A DNA stretch of 64,000 bases from Candidatus Nanopelagicales bacterium (GCA_018402365.1 JAGYJD010000005.1:11123-75122), one strand, 5' to 3'; positions 50,171-60,494 are shown, numbered from the stretch's first letter. The notes: generated by a model not told the origin, from the letters alone. Program-made: numbers and translations.

Positions 50171-50485
50171 TTAGAAATTTCTCTTAGGTCTGCCAAGCTC
50201 GATCAAATAAGGTGTTACAAAAATTGAAAAGATAAAAATAAGAAAGATTATTAGTAAAATGATCATGGTTTTCTTTAAGGATTTCTTAAAACCCCAATCC
50301 GGATTTATATTACCTAAGGCAATCTGCAATATAACCGTCGCGGACAACAGTCTGAAACCCCATACATATGCTTCATAAGAAACTTGTTGAGCCAACAAAA
50401 ATAGCGAGGTGAGCAACAAATATATATTTAATTTTTGAGCTCTAGCAGCGAAGGGCTCCTTTTGAGTTTTGATTACTTCAGACAT
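50171..50485 (-). CDS. small integral membrane protein within the ABC operon
   Basis: 104 aa with about 3 TM segments, abutting the permease stop. Confidence 0.7.
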   Translation of the reverse strand: MSEVIKTQKEPFAARAQKLNIYLLLTSLFLLAQQVSYEAYVWGFRLLSATVILQIALGNINPDWGFKKSLKKTMIILLIIFLIFIFSIFVTPYLIELGRPKRNF

Positions 50486-51340
50486 CTATACTTCACCTCG
50501 GACAGTTCCAAAGGTAAGGCCGACTAATAGATACTTCTGAAACACATAAATTACGACCACTAGCGGTAGTACATAAAGCGTTCCAATTGAAGCCACATAG
50601 GCCCAATCGATTCCACCGCCTTTTGTCGAACCGGTGAATAAACCAACTGGGATACCATAAGTTTTAGCACCACCTAATTGAAAGTTATACAAGAACTCGT
50701 TCCACACAAAGAGGATATTAAATACGAAGGCTGCTACCAAGCCAGGCTTCACCTGAGGCAAGATAACTTTAAACATGATGTGAAAGCGTGACGCTCCGTA
50801 AACTAATCCTGTTTCATCAAATCTTTGTGAGACGCCGTCTAAAAATCCTTTTAGGATCCAAACTGAAAACGGAATGGCAAACATAGTGTAAAAAGCAATT
50901 AAGCCGATGTAGGTGTCCTTTAGTCTCAGTAAGTTAAATAACTGAAAGTAGGGAATTACAAAAGCCGCCGCAGGTACAAATCTGGTGGACAACAATAAAA
51001 ACATCAAAAAGTCTGTTCCCGCTGGTTTAAAGCGAGAGAAAGAGTACGCGGCAAGGTAAGAAACCAAGATCGCCAAGCTCACCGAACCAAATGAATAAAT
51101 AACAGAGTGCGTGAAATAATCTAGCGTGTTATCAAAGCTCAACGCTTCGATAATGTTGTCAAAAGTCGGTCTAAAAAAGAATACCGGCGGAGAAACAACA
51201 ATGCTTCCCTTTGGCTTAAGCGCGGTAGAGACAATCCAAGCAATTGGTAAAAAGAAAAGAAGTGAAATTAACCAAGCGCCAATCGTCGCGAATTTTATGG
51301 GTCCTGATTTACGTTTGGGCTTGAAAGTTACGTCGCTCAT
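50486..51340 (-). CDS. carbohydrate ABC permease (MalG-like)
   Basis: EAA-like loop DETGLVYGAS and WNEF motif. Confidence 0.92.
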   Translation of the reverse strand: MSDVTFKPKRKSGPIKFATIGAWLISLLFFLPIAWIVSTALKPKGSIVVSPPVFFFRPTFDNIIEALSFDNTLDYFTHSVIYSFGSVSLAILVSYLAAYSFSRFKPAGTDFLMFLLLSTRFVPAAAFVIPYFQLFNLLRLKDTYIGLIAFYTMFAIPFSVWILKGFLDGVSQRFDETGLVYGASRFHIMFKVILPQVKPGLVAAFVFNILFVWNEFLYNFQLGGAKTYGIPVGLFTGSTKGGGIDWAYVASIGTLYVLPLVVVIYVFQKYLLVGLTFGTVRGEV

Positions 51341-51341
51341 T

Positions 51342-52286
51342 TTATTCCTCAGCCTTCTTTCTCGCGTTCAACACATATAAATAGATTGCAGTCAAAGCGA
51401 TTGCTACGAATAGCAAGAACACTGAAACTGCCGAAGAATAACCTAATTTGAATGATTTGAAGGCAAACCTGTATAAGGAAACCGCAATTAACTCTGTTCG
51501 ATCCCCAGGCCCTCCCCCCGTCATTACATATGCCAAGTCCATCGTCTTGAAGGCATCAATAATTCTTAACAAAAGTCCTAAACCTAAAATGAACTTTGCG
51601 TGTGGCCAAATTACAGTTCTAATTAATCGAGTTAAAGGTAAGCGATCAACCCGAGCAGCTTCTAATTCAGCTTTAGGAACAGAGCCTAAAGCCGCCAGGG
51701 TCATCAAAGTCATAAATGGCGTCCACATCCAAGTGTCCACAAACACCAGTGTCGGAAACGCTAAAGTTGTGCTGCTAAGAGTATCAATTCTATCAAAACC
51801 AAAGGTCGAAACAAAAAAATTCAAAACACCTAAGGTTGGGTCAAGAATGAACTTCCAGAACAAAGAAGTTGCGATTGGTGTAACCACCATTGGTGTAAAA
51901 AGAAGAGTTAGCGCTAAGCGACGACCTGGCATTTTGTCATTTTTCCAAAAGAGTACACCTATTAAAATTCCTAAGATAGTTTGCAAAATTACTGCGCTCA
52001 ACACGAAAATTAAAGTTCGTGAGACAGCTCCCGCCAATGCGCGATTTGCTAGGAAGTCTCGAAAATTATCAAAGCCTACAAACCGCGGATTTTGTGCCGA
52101 AGTTAGTGTGTAATCGTAAAAAGCTAAACCAAACATCCAAACTGTTGGCAGCACACTCATTAAAATAAAAAAGAATAAAACTGGGGCTAAAAGACCCCAA
52201 GATAACCAAGTCTTCTTTGATTCTAGCTTTTTAGCCTTGGGAACGTCCTTGATGGATTGTTCAAGTGTCTCAACGCTTTTAGCCAT
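51342..52286 (-). CDS. carbohydrate ABC permease (MalF-like)
   Basis: FVGFDNF, W..TPF, EAARVD and MTGGGPG motifs. Confidence 0.92.
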   Translation of the reverse strand: MAKSVETLEQSIKDVPKAKKLESKKTWLSWGLLAPVLFFFILMSVLPTVWMFGLAFYDYTLTSAQNPRFVGFDNFRDFLANRALAGAVSRTLIFVLSAVILQTILGILIGVLFWKNDKMPGRRLALTLLFTPMVVTPIATSLFWKFILDPTLGVLNFFVSTFGFDRIDTLSSTTLAFPTLVFVDTWMWTPFMTLMTLAALGSVPKAELEAARVDRLPLTRLIRTVIWPHAKFILGLGLLLRIIDAFKTMDLAYVMTGGGPGDRTELIAVSLYRFAFKSFKLGYSSAVSVFLLFVAIALTAIYLYVLNARKKAEE

Positions 52287-52342
52287 TGCCGTCCTTTAAT
52301 TAATTTTTCTAAAAACATCTAACGTTGGCGTAATCATAAGAG

Positions 52343-52380
52343 ATGTGTTGGCATCCCAGTCAACTGGGACACCAACACAT
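52343..52380 (-). terminator. long intercistronic stem-loop after the substrate-binding protein gene
   Basis: Minus strand ATGTGTTGGTGTCCCAGT-TG-ACTGGGATGCCAACACAT. Confidence 0.8.
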
Positions 52381-52400
52381 TACTCTCTTCTTTTAAACTC

Positions 52401-53939
52401 TTAGAGTCTTAAAGAGTCGACATTCTCCGGTGGAGGTGTCGTGGTCCGACCAGCATTGAAGAGAATTTGCTGTTGTTTTGCTGCAGCGTATTCCAAAGCG
52501 TCTTTAGCCGACGCAACGGTTCCACTCGCATAACCATTGAATGCTTCTTGCTGTACTGCAAGCATTTCAGCATATTCTGGCAAATGCCAGAAGTCTTGTG
52601 AGCGACCCTCTTCAAGCATGTATAAGAAGGGCTCTACATAGTGAGCAACTGATAAATACTCAGGATTTGCAGCACCTTCTTTGCTCCATGGCAAGCCACC
52701 GTTGTTTTTAATGAACTTGTCTTGAGTATCTTTTGTGTACCACCACTTGAGAACATCGATTGCCACTCTCATTTGGTCGTCATTGTTGAATGCGTTGATT
52801 ACCCATGGCTGGCCACCCATTGCACCAATTAGTTTTCCATCCCATTTAGGAAGTGGGATCGAGATGACCATGTCTGGCTTGACAACTGCGTCAGCGCCAC
52901 CCATAAATGCACCCACTGCTAACCATTGCCAGGCAGAAAAGCATTTTCCACCGTTGAAAAGGTCAAGCAGAGAACCGATACCAAAAGAAGCTGCATCTGC
53001 TGGCTGATACTTCATCAGACCAACAAACTCTTCCATTGCTGCGGCGTTGATATCAGAATTTAGGATTCCGTAAACATCTGAAGTTTCTGGATCCCAAATT
53101 TTTCCGCCTGTTGAATAAGCGAATGGGTAGTAGGCACAGCTAAAGAAGTCATACTCTTTCGAGTACATCAAAGCAGTACCGAACATCTCTTCATCTGGAC
53201 GATGGAAGAAATCGATGATTTCAACTAGAGCTGAATATTCAATTTCTACATATTCTTCATAAGTAGTTGGAAGATCTTTTCCAGTTGCTGCCTTGAATGC
53301 AGCTTGTTCTGCTGGATCCTCGAGCATGTCCTTACGCATGAATACTCCCTGAGTGTCAGGCATTTGTGGGAAGCCCCAACGAATTCCTGAACCATCTGGG
53401 TAAACCTGGTAAGTGTCTCTAACCAAACTAGAGAAAGGTTCGATGTCTAGTTCTGGGTTGGCTGCGAAGACATCATCTGCCTTTACAATCCATCCTGGTT
53501 CTGACAAAGCACCTAACCACTGCGAGTCGACGACCATAAGATTGTACTCTGATGATCCGGCGGCAAGAGTTGGTGAAACTTTTTGGAACAGTTCACCGAA
53601 ACCTGCTTCGACGAAAGTTATATCGTTAACCGTATAACCATAGTTTTCTAAGGCATAGGCCTGAAAATCTGCCCATTGAGTTGTTGGCGCAGCGCTGGGT
53701 GGCCAACCTCCAATACGCGAGTATGCAAAGTCAATGGTCTTACCTTGCATATTGGTTGCATTGCTTCCATACAACGGAGAGTCTGCGGCTGGGGCTTCTG
53801 CTGAGCCACCTCCGCTTGTTGATCCCCCATCATCACTGCAAGCTGCCAGCAAACCTGCCGCTGGAATTGCAGCGCCTGCTATCGCCCCTGCTTTAAGTAG
53901 CCGGCGACGGTCAAGCTTCATTTTTGTGTCTTCTGACAA
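52401..53939 (-). CDS. Tat-exported lipoprotein, CUT1 sugar-binding protein
   Basis: DRRRLLK twin-arginine motif, LAAC lipobox, and DSQWLG and GGQP segments. Confidence 0.88.
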   Translation of the reverse strand: MSEDTKMKLDRRRLLKAGAIAGAAIPAAGLLAACSDDGGSTSGGGSAEAPAADSPLYGSNATNMQGKTIDFAYSRIGGWPPSAAPTTQWADFQAYALENYGYTVNDITFVEAGFGELFQKVSPTLAAGSSEYNLMVVDSQWLGALSEPGWIVKADDVFAANPELDIEPFSSLVRDTYQVYPDGSGIRWGFPQMPDTQGVFMRKDMLEDPAEQAAFKAATGKDLPTTYEEYVEIEYSALVEIIDFFHRPDEEMFGTALMYSKEYDFFSCAYYPFAYSTGGKIWDPETSDVYGILNSDINAAAMEEFVGLMKYQPADAASFGIGSLLDLFNGGKCFSAWQWLAVGAFMGGADAVVKPDMVISIPLPKWDGKLIGAMGGQPWVINAFNNDDQMRVAIDVLKWWYTKDTQDKFIKNNGGLPWSKEGAANPEYLSVAHYVEPFLYMLEEGRSQDFWHLPEYAEMLAVQQEAFNGYASGTVASAKDALEYAAAKQQQILFNAGRTTTPPPENVDSLRL

Positions 53940-54019
53940 GTGAACTCCTTCTCAAAAAGGATCGGCCCGAGATAGGTCGGTCTCACGACTAATAATGTGA
54001 CATAGGTTGCTATCTAGTC

Positions 54020-54038
54020 AAGACTATTGAAGAACTCT
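54020..54038 (+). promoter_or_regulatory. shared island motif, copy 1 (AAGACTATTGAAGA-ACTCT)
   Basis: The 14-mer at 54020-54033 is the exact reverse complement of 61445-61458. Confidence 0.6.
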
Positions 54039-54120
54039 GCATAACAATTAGATAACATTGCTAAAATCGAAATCGGCAGTAGCAAACTGCCTGGTGCAAA
54101 TAGTGAGGACTGTGACTGGA

Positions 54121-54597
54121 GTGACTAAGTACCGAATTGTGGTTGGATCTGATTTTGCCGGATTTGAATTAAAAGAATTATTAAAAAAATACTTACAAAA
54201 TGACTCTCGAGTTTCTGAGGTAATTGAAATCGGTGTTAATTCTTTAGAAGACAAGACTGATTATCCAAATATTGGATTTGCTTTGGGTGAAAAAATTCAA
54301 GAACAAGCAGCTGATCGTGGTTTATTAGTTTGTGGGACCGGAATTGGAATGGCAATCTCGGCAAACAAGGTGCCGGGAATTCGTGCCACTACTGTTCATG
54401 ATCCCTACTCCCTAGAGAGAGCAGTCTTGAGTAATAATTGTCAAGTTATTACAATGGGTGCTCGAGTCATTGCGCCAGAATTAGCCCTAAGTTTGATAAA
54501 GCCTTGGCTTGATTATGTTTTTGATGAGCAAGGACCCAGCGCACCAAAAGTAAAGCAAATTAATCATCTAGAAAAGGAAGCCAAAAATAATGAGTAA
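54121..54597 (+). CDS. RpiB-family isomerase, DerI/EryI-like (D-erythrulose-4-P isomerase)
   Basis: CGTGIG, ANKVPGIRA and HDPYSLERAVLSNN motifs. Start revised to GTG 54121. Confidence 0.75.
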   Translation: MTKYRIVVGSDFAGFELKELLKKYLQNDSRVSEVIEIGVNSLEDKTDYPNIGFALGEKIQEQAADRGLLVCGTGIGMAISANKVPGIRATTVHDPYSLERAVLSNNCQVITMGARVIAPELALSLIKPWLDYVFDEQGPSAPKVKQINHLEKEAKNNE

Positions 54598-55102
54598 AGG
54601 CACAATTGCATTTCCTATCGCTGATGGGGTTGAGGATTTGGAATATCACGTGACAAGAATGCGGCTAGAAGAAGATGGCTTCAAAGTGGTAAGTGCCGGA
54701 GTTGATAAAAAACAAATAATTGGCAAGAACGGTTTAAAAATTGATATCGACGTTTTGATTTCAGATTTGAAAGCAAGTGAACTTCAGGGCTTAGTGCTAG
54801 CTGGTGGATGGGCGCCAGACAAGTTAAGAAGATATGAGAATGTAATTAATTTAATAAAAGAAATTAATGCACAAAATAAGGTGATAGGAATTATTTGTCA
54901 TGGCGGCTCACTCGCAGTGTCAGCAGATATTCTCAAAGGTAAAAAGTCGACTGGCTCATTGGGTATCAAAGACGACCTAGTGAATGCTGGGGCAACTTGG
55001 GTAGATGAAGCTGCATTTAGCGAGGGCAACTTGGTCTGGGGTCGAGTAGTGGCCGATATTCCTGATTTTTGCCGTGAACTGGTTAAAACCCTTAATCAGT
55101 AA
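54590..55102 (+). CDS. PfpI/DJ-1 family protein
   Basis: EDLE, GGWAPD and ICHG motifs. Confidence 0.9.
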   Translation: MSKGTIAFPIADGVEDLEYHVTRMRLEEDGFKVVSAGVDKKQIIGKNGLKIDIDVLISDLKASELQGLVLAGGWAPDKLRRYENVINLIKEINAQNKVIGIICHGGSLAVSADILKGKKSTGSLGIKDDLVNAGATWVDEAAFSEGNLVWGRVVADIPDFCRELVKTLNQ

Positions 55103-55108
55103 AAACGC

Positions 55109-55154
55109 TTGACCAATCCAACCTGCTGAGGGTAATCTCGCATTCTGTATACAG
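55109..55154 (+). promoter_or_regulatory. sigma-70-type promoter with GntR-type operator
   Basis: TTGACC-N18-TAATCT followed by the palindrome CTGTATACAG (55145-55154). Confidence 0.7.
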
Positions 55155-55156
55155 GA

Positions 55157-56659
55157 ATGAATACTAAAAGGATTGGGACCAGCAAAAAAATGAGTTTAAC
55201 GCAAAATGAAACTCGATCTAACTTTTTAATAAATCAGATGGCTCGAGAACTCGGCGCGATTGTGGGCCACGAAAACGTAACTCAGGATAAAGCAAAACGA
55301 ATTGAGCAAGCCAGCGACTGGTCTTGGATGAGTAAATATTTGTTATCAAAAGACGAAGACTTGCCAATAGCTGACTTAGTAGTTTCACCCAAAACAACTA
55401 AAGAGGTTTCTGAAGTTGTGGCGCTTGCTAACGACTACTTAATGCCGATTATTCCGCGCGGTGGCGGCTCGGGTACACAATCAGGAACTTTTGCACTTTA
55501 CGGCGGTATCGCTTTAGATCTTAAATCTTTAAACAAAATAATTGACATCGACGAGAACTCAATGATTGTTACTGTCGAAGCTGGACTTGATGGTTCTGAA
55601 TTAGAAAAAGTTTTAAATGCTAGAGGTTTAACTGTGCCCCATTACCCGGGCTCTCATTTTTTTGGTGCAACTATTGGTGGATGCTTAGCTGCCAGAGGTT
55701 CAGGAGTTGTTTCAACAAAATACGGTAAGGCTGAAGATTTAGTACTACAAATTGAAGCAGTGATGGCAAATGGAAAAGTCATTGAGACTCTTCCGGTACC
55801 AAGTCATGCCTCAGGTCCAGGAATTATTCAAACTCTGGTCGGTAGTGAGGGAACTCTGGGAGTGATCACTAAAGCAGCCATGAGATTAGAGCACCTTCCA
55901 GAATCTAGAGTTTTTTTGTCATACGGATTTAAAGATGTCAATACTGGTATCGAAGCCGCCAGAGCCATTATGACTAAGAGATGGAAACCAGCAGTTATCA
56001 GACTTTATGACGAAGCAGATACTCATAAACTTTCTGAATTTTTAAACCTTGATGTACAAGGGGTCCTGATGGTAATTATGTGTGATGGCGCCAAGTCATT
56101 AACTGATTTGGAATCTAAAGAAATTGATTTAATTTGCACCGCAGTAGGTGGTAAACCACACGGACCGCAAGTAGGTCAGAACTGGTGGGACGGAAAGTAT
56201 GAGCCGTTTAAACATGGCAATATTCCTGCTCCACCAATGATTTATGGCACCACAGATACTTGTGCCAGATTCAATGATTTACCCGCAATTTACGCCGCCA
56301 AAAAAGCAGTGGTAGAAAAACAATTTGCTCACCACAAAGCTAGATACACCGCTCATTTTTCTCATTGGTTTCCATGGGGTGGAATGATTTACGACCGTTT
56401 TTATGTTGATAATCCCCCATCAGATATTGACGAAGCTATGAAATTGCATGACGACATATGGAACGCAGCAATCGATGCTTCTTTGAAAAATGGAGGGACC
56501 CTTAACGAACACCATGGTGTTGGTTTAAAGCTTGGTCGCTTCATGAAGACACAACACGGCTCAGCCTGGGAATTTTTGCTGAGTCTAAAAAAAGCGTGGG
56601 ATCCAAACGGCATCATGAATCCAGGAAAACTTGGGTTTGGTCCACCGGGTTCTGCGTAA
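55157..56659 (+). CDS. FAD-linked oxidoreductase (VAO/GlcD family, alkyl-DHAP-synthase-like)
   Basis: PRGGGSG, ATIGG, GSEGTLG, HFSH, EHHGVG and MNPGK motifs. Confidence 0.85.
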   Translation: MNTKRIGTSKKMSLTQNETRSNFLINQMARELGAIVGHENVTQDKAKRIEQASDWSWMSKYLLSKDEDLPIADLVVSPKTTKEVSEVVALANDYLMPIIPRGGGSGTQSGTFALYGGIALDLKSLNKIIDIDENSMIVTVEAGLDGSELEKVLNARGLTVPHYPGSHFFGATIGGCLAARGSGVVSTKYGKAEDLVLQIEAVMANGKVIETLPVPSHASGPGIIQTLVGSEGTLGVITKAAMRLEHLPESRVFLSYGFKDVNTGIEAARAIMTKRWKPAVIRLYDEADTHKLSEFLNLDVQGVLMVIMCDGAKSLTDLESKEIDLICTAVGGKPHGPQVGQNWWDGKYEPFKHGNIPAPPMIYGTTDTCARFNDLPAIYAAKKAVVEKQFAHHKARYTAHFSHWFPWGGMIYDRFYVDNPPSDIDEAMKLHDDIWNAAIDASLKNGGTLNEHHGVGLKLGRFMKTQHGSAWEFLLSLKKAWDPNGIMNPGKLGFGPPGSA

Positions 56660-56706
56660 AACGCAAGTTTAGTAACTAAGAACTTAGTTACTGGAAGGGA
56701 AGAGCA

Positions 56707-57591
56707 ATGCATTTATCTATGCACAACTGGATGCGTGCCGAGCCATTGGAAACAACCATCGCCCGACTAGCTAAATACGGTTACAAGAGTATTGAAATCA
56801 GTGGAGAACCAGAAAAATATCCATCTGCCGATACTCGCGCTTTATTAAAAAAATACGACCTAAAGTGTTGGGGTTCTGTGACTCTAATGTTAGGTGAAAG
56901 AAATCTAGTTGCTAAAGATGAAGGAAAACGTGCTGAGAGTGTTCAGTATGTAAAAGATTGCATCACTATGGTTAAAGAACTTGATGGAACAGAAATGACA
57001 ATTGTTCCTGCCACGGTAGGTAAAATTACTCCAGATGCAACTCCAGAAGAAGAATGGAGTTGGGCAGTTGATGGCATGAAAGATATCTATGCCCATTCCC
57101 AAGCAGCAGGCGTGAAATTAGCAATCGAACCCTTAAACAGATTCGAAACTTATTTCATTACCCGATGTGAACAAGCTCTAGCTTTAGCTGAAGCAACTGG
57201 TCCAGATTGTGGAGTATGTCTAGACGCATTCCACATCAACATTGAAGAAGAAGATCTATACGCTGCAATTCGTTTAGCTGGTAAAAAGCTAAATGACTTT
57301 CACGTCGCAGATAATAATCGGATGCCAGCCGGACACGGTGATTATGACTGGAAGAAAGTTGTCGCCACTTTGAAAGAAATTGGTTATGACGGTGCGCTAA
57401 CTGCTGAATTTGTTGCTCCAGTTGATAGGACTCCAGCAAACAGATTCCCAAATGCTCTGGATATGAATCCACCAGGAATCGATCCAGATCAATTGAAGTT
57501 CATCATTGACCACGGCTCATCTATTCTTACCGAAGAATTTTATGACTGGTTGGTTAAAGAGAACGCCGAGACATTACTACCTCTTATTTAA
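56707..57591 (+). CDS. sugar phosphate isomerase/epimerase, ketose 3-epimerase (DTE) superfamily
   Basis: IEPLNRFE, DAFHINIEE, HVADNNR and TAEF motifs. Confidence 0.85.
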   Translation: MHLSMHNWMRAEPLETTIARLAKYGYKSIEISGEPEKYPSADTRALLKKYDLKCWGSVTLMLGERNLVAKDEGKRAESVQYVKDCITMVKELDGTEMTIVPATVGKITPDATPEEEWSWAVDGMKDIYAHSQAAGVKLAIEPLNRFETYFITRCEQALALAEATGPDCGVCLDAFHINIEEEDLYAAIRLAGKKLNDFHVADNNRMPAGHGDYDWKKVVATLKEIGYDGALTAEFVAPVDRTPANRFPNALDMNPPGIDPDQLKFIIDHGSSILTEEFYDWLVKENAETLLPLI

Positions 57592-57627
57592 CTAATAAGA
57601 AATCTTAATTAGCGACTTCAGGAGACT

Positions 57628-58851
57628 TTGGTGAATGACTTAGTGCTAGTAATTGGCACACTTGACACCAAAGGTCCTGAGGTTGCTTATTTAAGAGACA
57701 AATTAAAAGAGTATGGACTCAAGCCCTACGTAATTGATGTAGGAATTCTTGGTGAACCCATAGGCATCACCCCTGATTTTTCTAAGGCTCAACTTGCCCA
57801 ATTCGGTGGCACCACAATCGAAAAAGTTCAGAATGCTGGCTCTCGCGGAGCTGCCGTTGAATTGATGCGCGAATTTGTTATAAAAAAAGTTGAAGAGATG
57901 GTGTCTAAAGAAGAGGTGATTGGTGGCATCGGGATAGGAGGCGCTGAGGGCGGGGTAATGACAGCCGCGGCCTTAATGGTGTTACCGATTGGAGCTCCCA
58001 AAATTGTGATCTCGCCGATTGCTTCAGGTAAGCATGAATTTGCCCCACTGGTTGGCACCACAGACATGATGACAATGCATTCCATTGTTGACATTTTGGG
58101 ATTAAACGACATCTCAAAAACTATTTTTGATAACGCTGCTGCTGCGGTTTACGGAATGATTGAAAAAGGGCATCAACTAACAAAACCAAAACCTGGCACA
58201 AAAGCAGTTGCCGTGACAATGCTGGGCAATACCAATACTGCAATCACCGCGATGCAGCCCTTAATGAAAGAAGCCGGATACGAATTAGTGGTATTTCATG
58301 CCAATGGCGTGGGTGGTGCTGCCATGGAGGAGCTGGCAACCGCCGGACAGTTCGTTGGGATTATTGATTTCACAACGAATGAAATGGCTGCAAATATGTT
58401 TGGCGGCATTCATGTGGCAGATCAAAACAGATTAACAGTTGCCGGCAGTTTGGGAATTCCACAAGTTGTGGTTCCGGGATGCGTTGATTTTATAGTTTTT
58501 CATGCAAATACTGTTCCAGAAAATCTTAAAGCTAGACCAATTTACAACCACAATCCAGAGTATTGGCTAGTCAGGCTCACTGGTGAAGAAATGGAAAAGT
58601 TAGGTAAAAAGTTTGCTGAATCTTTAAACACTTCACTTGGTGAAGTGAAGGTGGTAATTCCCACTCAAGGTATCTCTATTCCTAATAAAAAAGGTGGTAT
58701 TTTTTTTGATCCTGCAGCTGATAAAAAATTTATGGATCAAATGCAACAAACCTTAAAACCTGATATCGAAGTCACAAGCTTTGATCTGCATGTCAACGAT
58801 GCTGAATTTGGTAAGGCAGTCGGTAAACTTTTTATCGATATGATGAAATGA
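57628..58851 (+). CDS. Tm-1-like ATP-binding (UPF0261) protein
   Basis: GTLDTKG.E, LPIGAPK, FHANGVGG.AME and HVND.EF motifs. Confidence 0.88.
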   Translation: MVNDLVLVIGTLDTKGPEVAYLRDKLKEYGLKPYVIDVGILGEPIGITPDFSKAQLAQFGGTTIEKVQNAGSRGAAVELMREFVIKKVEEMVSKEEVIGGIGIGGAEGGVMTAAALMVLPIGAPKIVISPIASGKHEFAPLVGTTDMMTMHSIVDILGLNDISKTIFDNAAAAVYGMIEKGHQLTKPKPGTKAVAVTMLGNTNTAITAMQPLMKEAGYELVVFHANGVGGAAMEELATAGQFVGIIDFTTNEMAANMFGGIHVADQNRLTVAGSLGIPQVVVPGCVDFIVFHANTVPENLKARPIYNHNPEYWLVRLTGEEMEKLGKKFAESLNTSLGEVKVVIPTQGISIPNKKGGIFFDPAADKKFMDQMQQTLKPDIEVTSFDLHVNDAEFGKAVGKLFIDMMK

Positions 58852-58860
58852 GGAAAACAA

Positions 58861-59775
58861 ATGGCTAAACACCCAATCAGAGAATTTCAACGGCTCACCT
58901 CAGGTGACGATGCCTTTCGGGCAAAGTTTCGCTCTTGGGATATGACGGAATTGTCTTACGTTGATATTCGTGAATATCTAAAAGAGAAAGACACCGTGCT
59001 GGTGCCAATGGCGTCCACCGAACAACACGGCCCGCACTTACCCTTGTACACCGACACAATTACTGCCATTGAAGTTGCAGAGCGAGTTTCTGAGGCAATC
59101 GGAGTTTTTCATACCCCACCAATTTGGACTGGCTACTCACCTCAGCACATGCACTTGCCCGGTGAAGGTCGCGGCACCATCACAATCAAGGCCTCAACTT
59201 TAAATGCCTTGATGTACGACGTGGCTCGTTCATTAATTCATCATGGTTTCAACCGAATTATTTTTATTAACGGTCATGGCTCAAACACCAAAGTCGTTGA
59301 TCCGGTATTAAGAAAATTACGTTACGAAACTGGCGCACTAATCGGATTTGTGCGGCCTTACATGGAGCGTTACGTGGGTGTATTAGAAGGTCTTATGGAA
59401 AACCCACCAGAAGAAACTCCCGGTTGGCATTCCTCCGAATTAGAAACCTCCCAAGACATGGCTTATGACCCTGATTTAGTGAGAATGGAACGGGCTTATC
59501 CCGAGAAGGCTCACATCCCCAGCTTTTTACCAGCGAGCTTTCAAAAAAATGATGGGATGCCGGATGTTGAATTTGAAGGGTATCAATATTTTACCTTTCC
59601 AATGGATCACCATGAATTCGTAGAATCAGGCACCATCGGAAATCCCATGAGAGCCACTATGGAAAAAGGCGAAGAAGCGTTTCGTCGTCTTTCCGAGCAC
59701 ACAGCAAAAGCTATATTAGAATTAACAAAAGTTCCGGTGACAGTCACCAACAGAGAGTTTGTTGATCGCGTTTAA
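58861..59775 (+). CDS. creatininase-family amidohydrolase
   Basis: STEQHGPHLP..TD, NGHGSN and HSSELETS motifs. Confidence 0.9.
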   Translation: MAKHPIREFQRLTSGDDAFRAKFRSWDMTELSYVDIREYLKEKDTVLVPMASTEQHGPHLPLYTDTITAIEVAERVSEAIGVFHTPPIWTGYSPQHMHLPGEGRGTITIKASTLNALMYDVARSLIHHGFNRIIFINGHGSNTKVVDPVLRKLRYETGALIGFVRPYMERYVGVLEGLMENPPEETPGWHSSELETSQDMAYDPDLVRMERAYPEKAHIPSFLPASFQKNDGMPDVEFEGYQYFTFPMDHHEFVESGTIGNPMRATMEKGEEAFRRLSEHTAKAILELTKVPVTVTNREFVDRV

Positions 59776-59777
59776 AA

Positions 59778-60452
59778 ATGAAAGCAGAAAACGATAAGTC
59801 GCAGGCATCATCTTTAGCAGTTGATGCCTACGATTATTTAGTTGAGGCTATTACTTCTTTTAAACTCCCTACCAATACCGCCATCAGCGAAAATAAATTA
59901 GCATCGCAATTGGGAATTTCTCGCACCCCCATTAGACAGGCTTTGCAACGACTTGAATCAGAGGGCTTGATTACTAAAAGTGACTCTTCTCGATTTAGTG
60001 TTGCCCTAGTTACCCCTAAGCAAGTTGAAGAAGCTTGTGACTTACTACAAATTATTGATACCTATCTTTTTACTAGAGCTGCTAAAAATTTGAATAAAAA
60101 AAGTAGTGATGAATTAATTGCAATAACTCAAGAAATGATTCGGGCTGCTAAAAATGATGACCGCGACAAATGGAGTCAGGCCGATACAAAATTTCATAAT
60201 CTAATAATTAAAGCTGCCGATAACCGCATGGTCTCAGATTTAGCAATTGTTACTCGAAGAAAGATTCAAAGATTTTGGACCAAATCTGCTGTTTATGAAA
60301 ATCGGCTAAGTTCGTGTTCGAAAGAACATGAGGTATTAGCCCGCGTAATTGTCAAGAAAGATTTTGAGGCAATTGAACCAGCCGTGATAGATCACATGTC
60401 ACATATGCGCTCAAGTATTTTACGAATCATCGAAACTGCGGCAGTCTTTTAA
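59778..60452 (+). CDS. GntR-family regulator (FCD domain)
   Basis: E..LA..LGISRTPIRQAL..L..EGL, D.KFH and EH motifs. Confidence 0.92.
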   Translation: MKAENDKSQASSLAVDAYDYLVEAITSFKLPTNTAISENKLASQLGISRTPIRQALQRLESEGLITKSDSSRFSVALVTPKQVEEACDLLQIIDTYLFTRAAKNLNKKSSDELIAITQEMIRAAKNDDRDKWSQADTKFHNLIIKAADNRMVSDLAIVTRRKIQRFWTKSAVYENRLSSCSKEHEVLARVIVKKDFEAIEPAVIDHMSHMRSSILRIIETAAVF

Positions 60453-60462
60453 GGCATAGAAA

Positions 60463-60494
60463 AAGGCGGCTGCAAAAGCCCTGCCAGCCGCCTT
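60463..60494 (-). terminator. intrinsic terminator between convergent genes
   Basis: AAGGCGGCTG...CAGCCGCCTT with a U-tract on the minus strand. Confidence 0.7.

Noticed and set aside
51448..52113. Long antisense ORFs (also 33672-34271, 39337-39933, 1240-1710)
   Set aside because: Each lies opposite a well-supported gene, has no motifs, and is explained by codon bias.
58861..59775. Assignment as IolN or mycofactocin MftE
   Set aside because: Only generic creatininase motifs are present, and there are no iolG/iolM or mft genes in the window.
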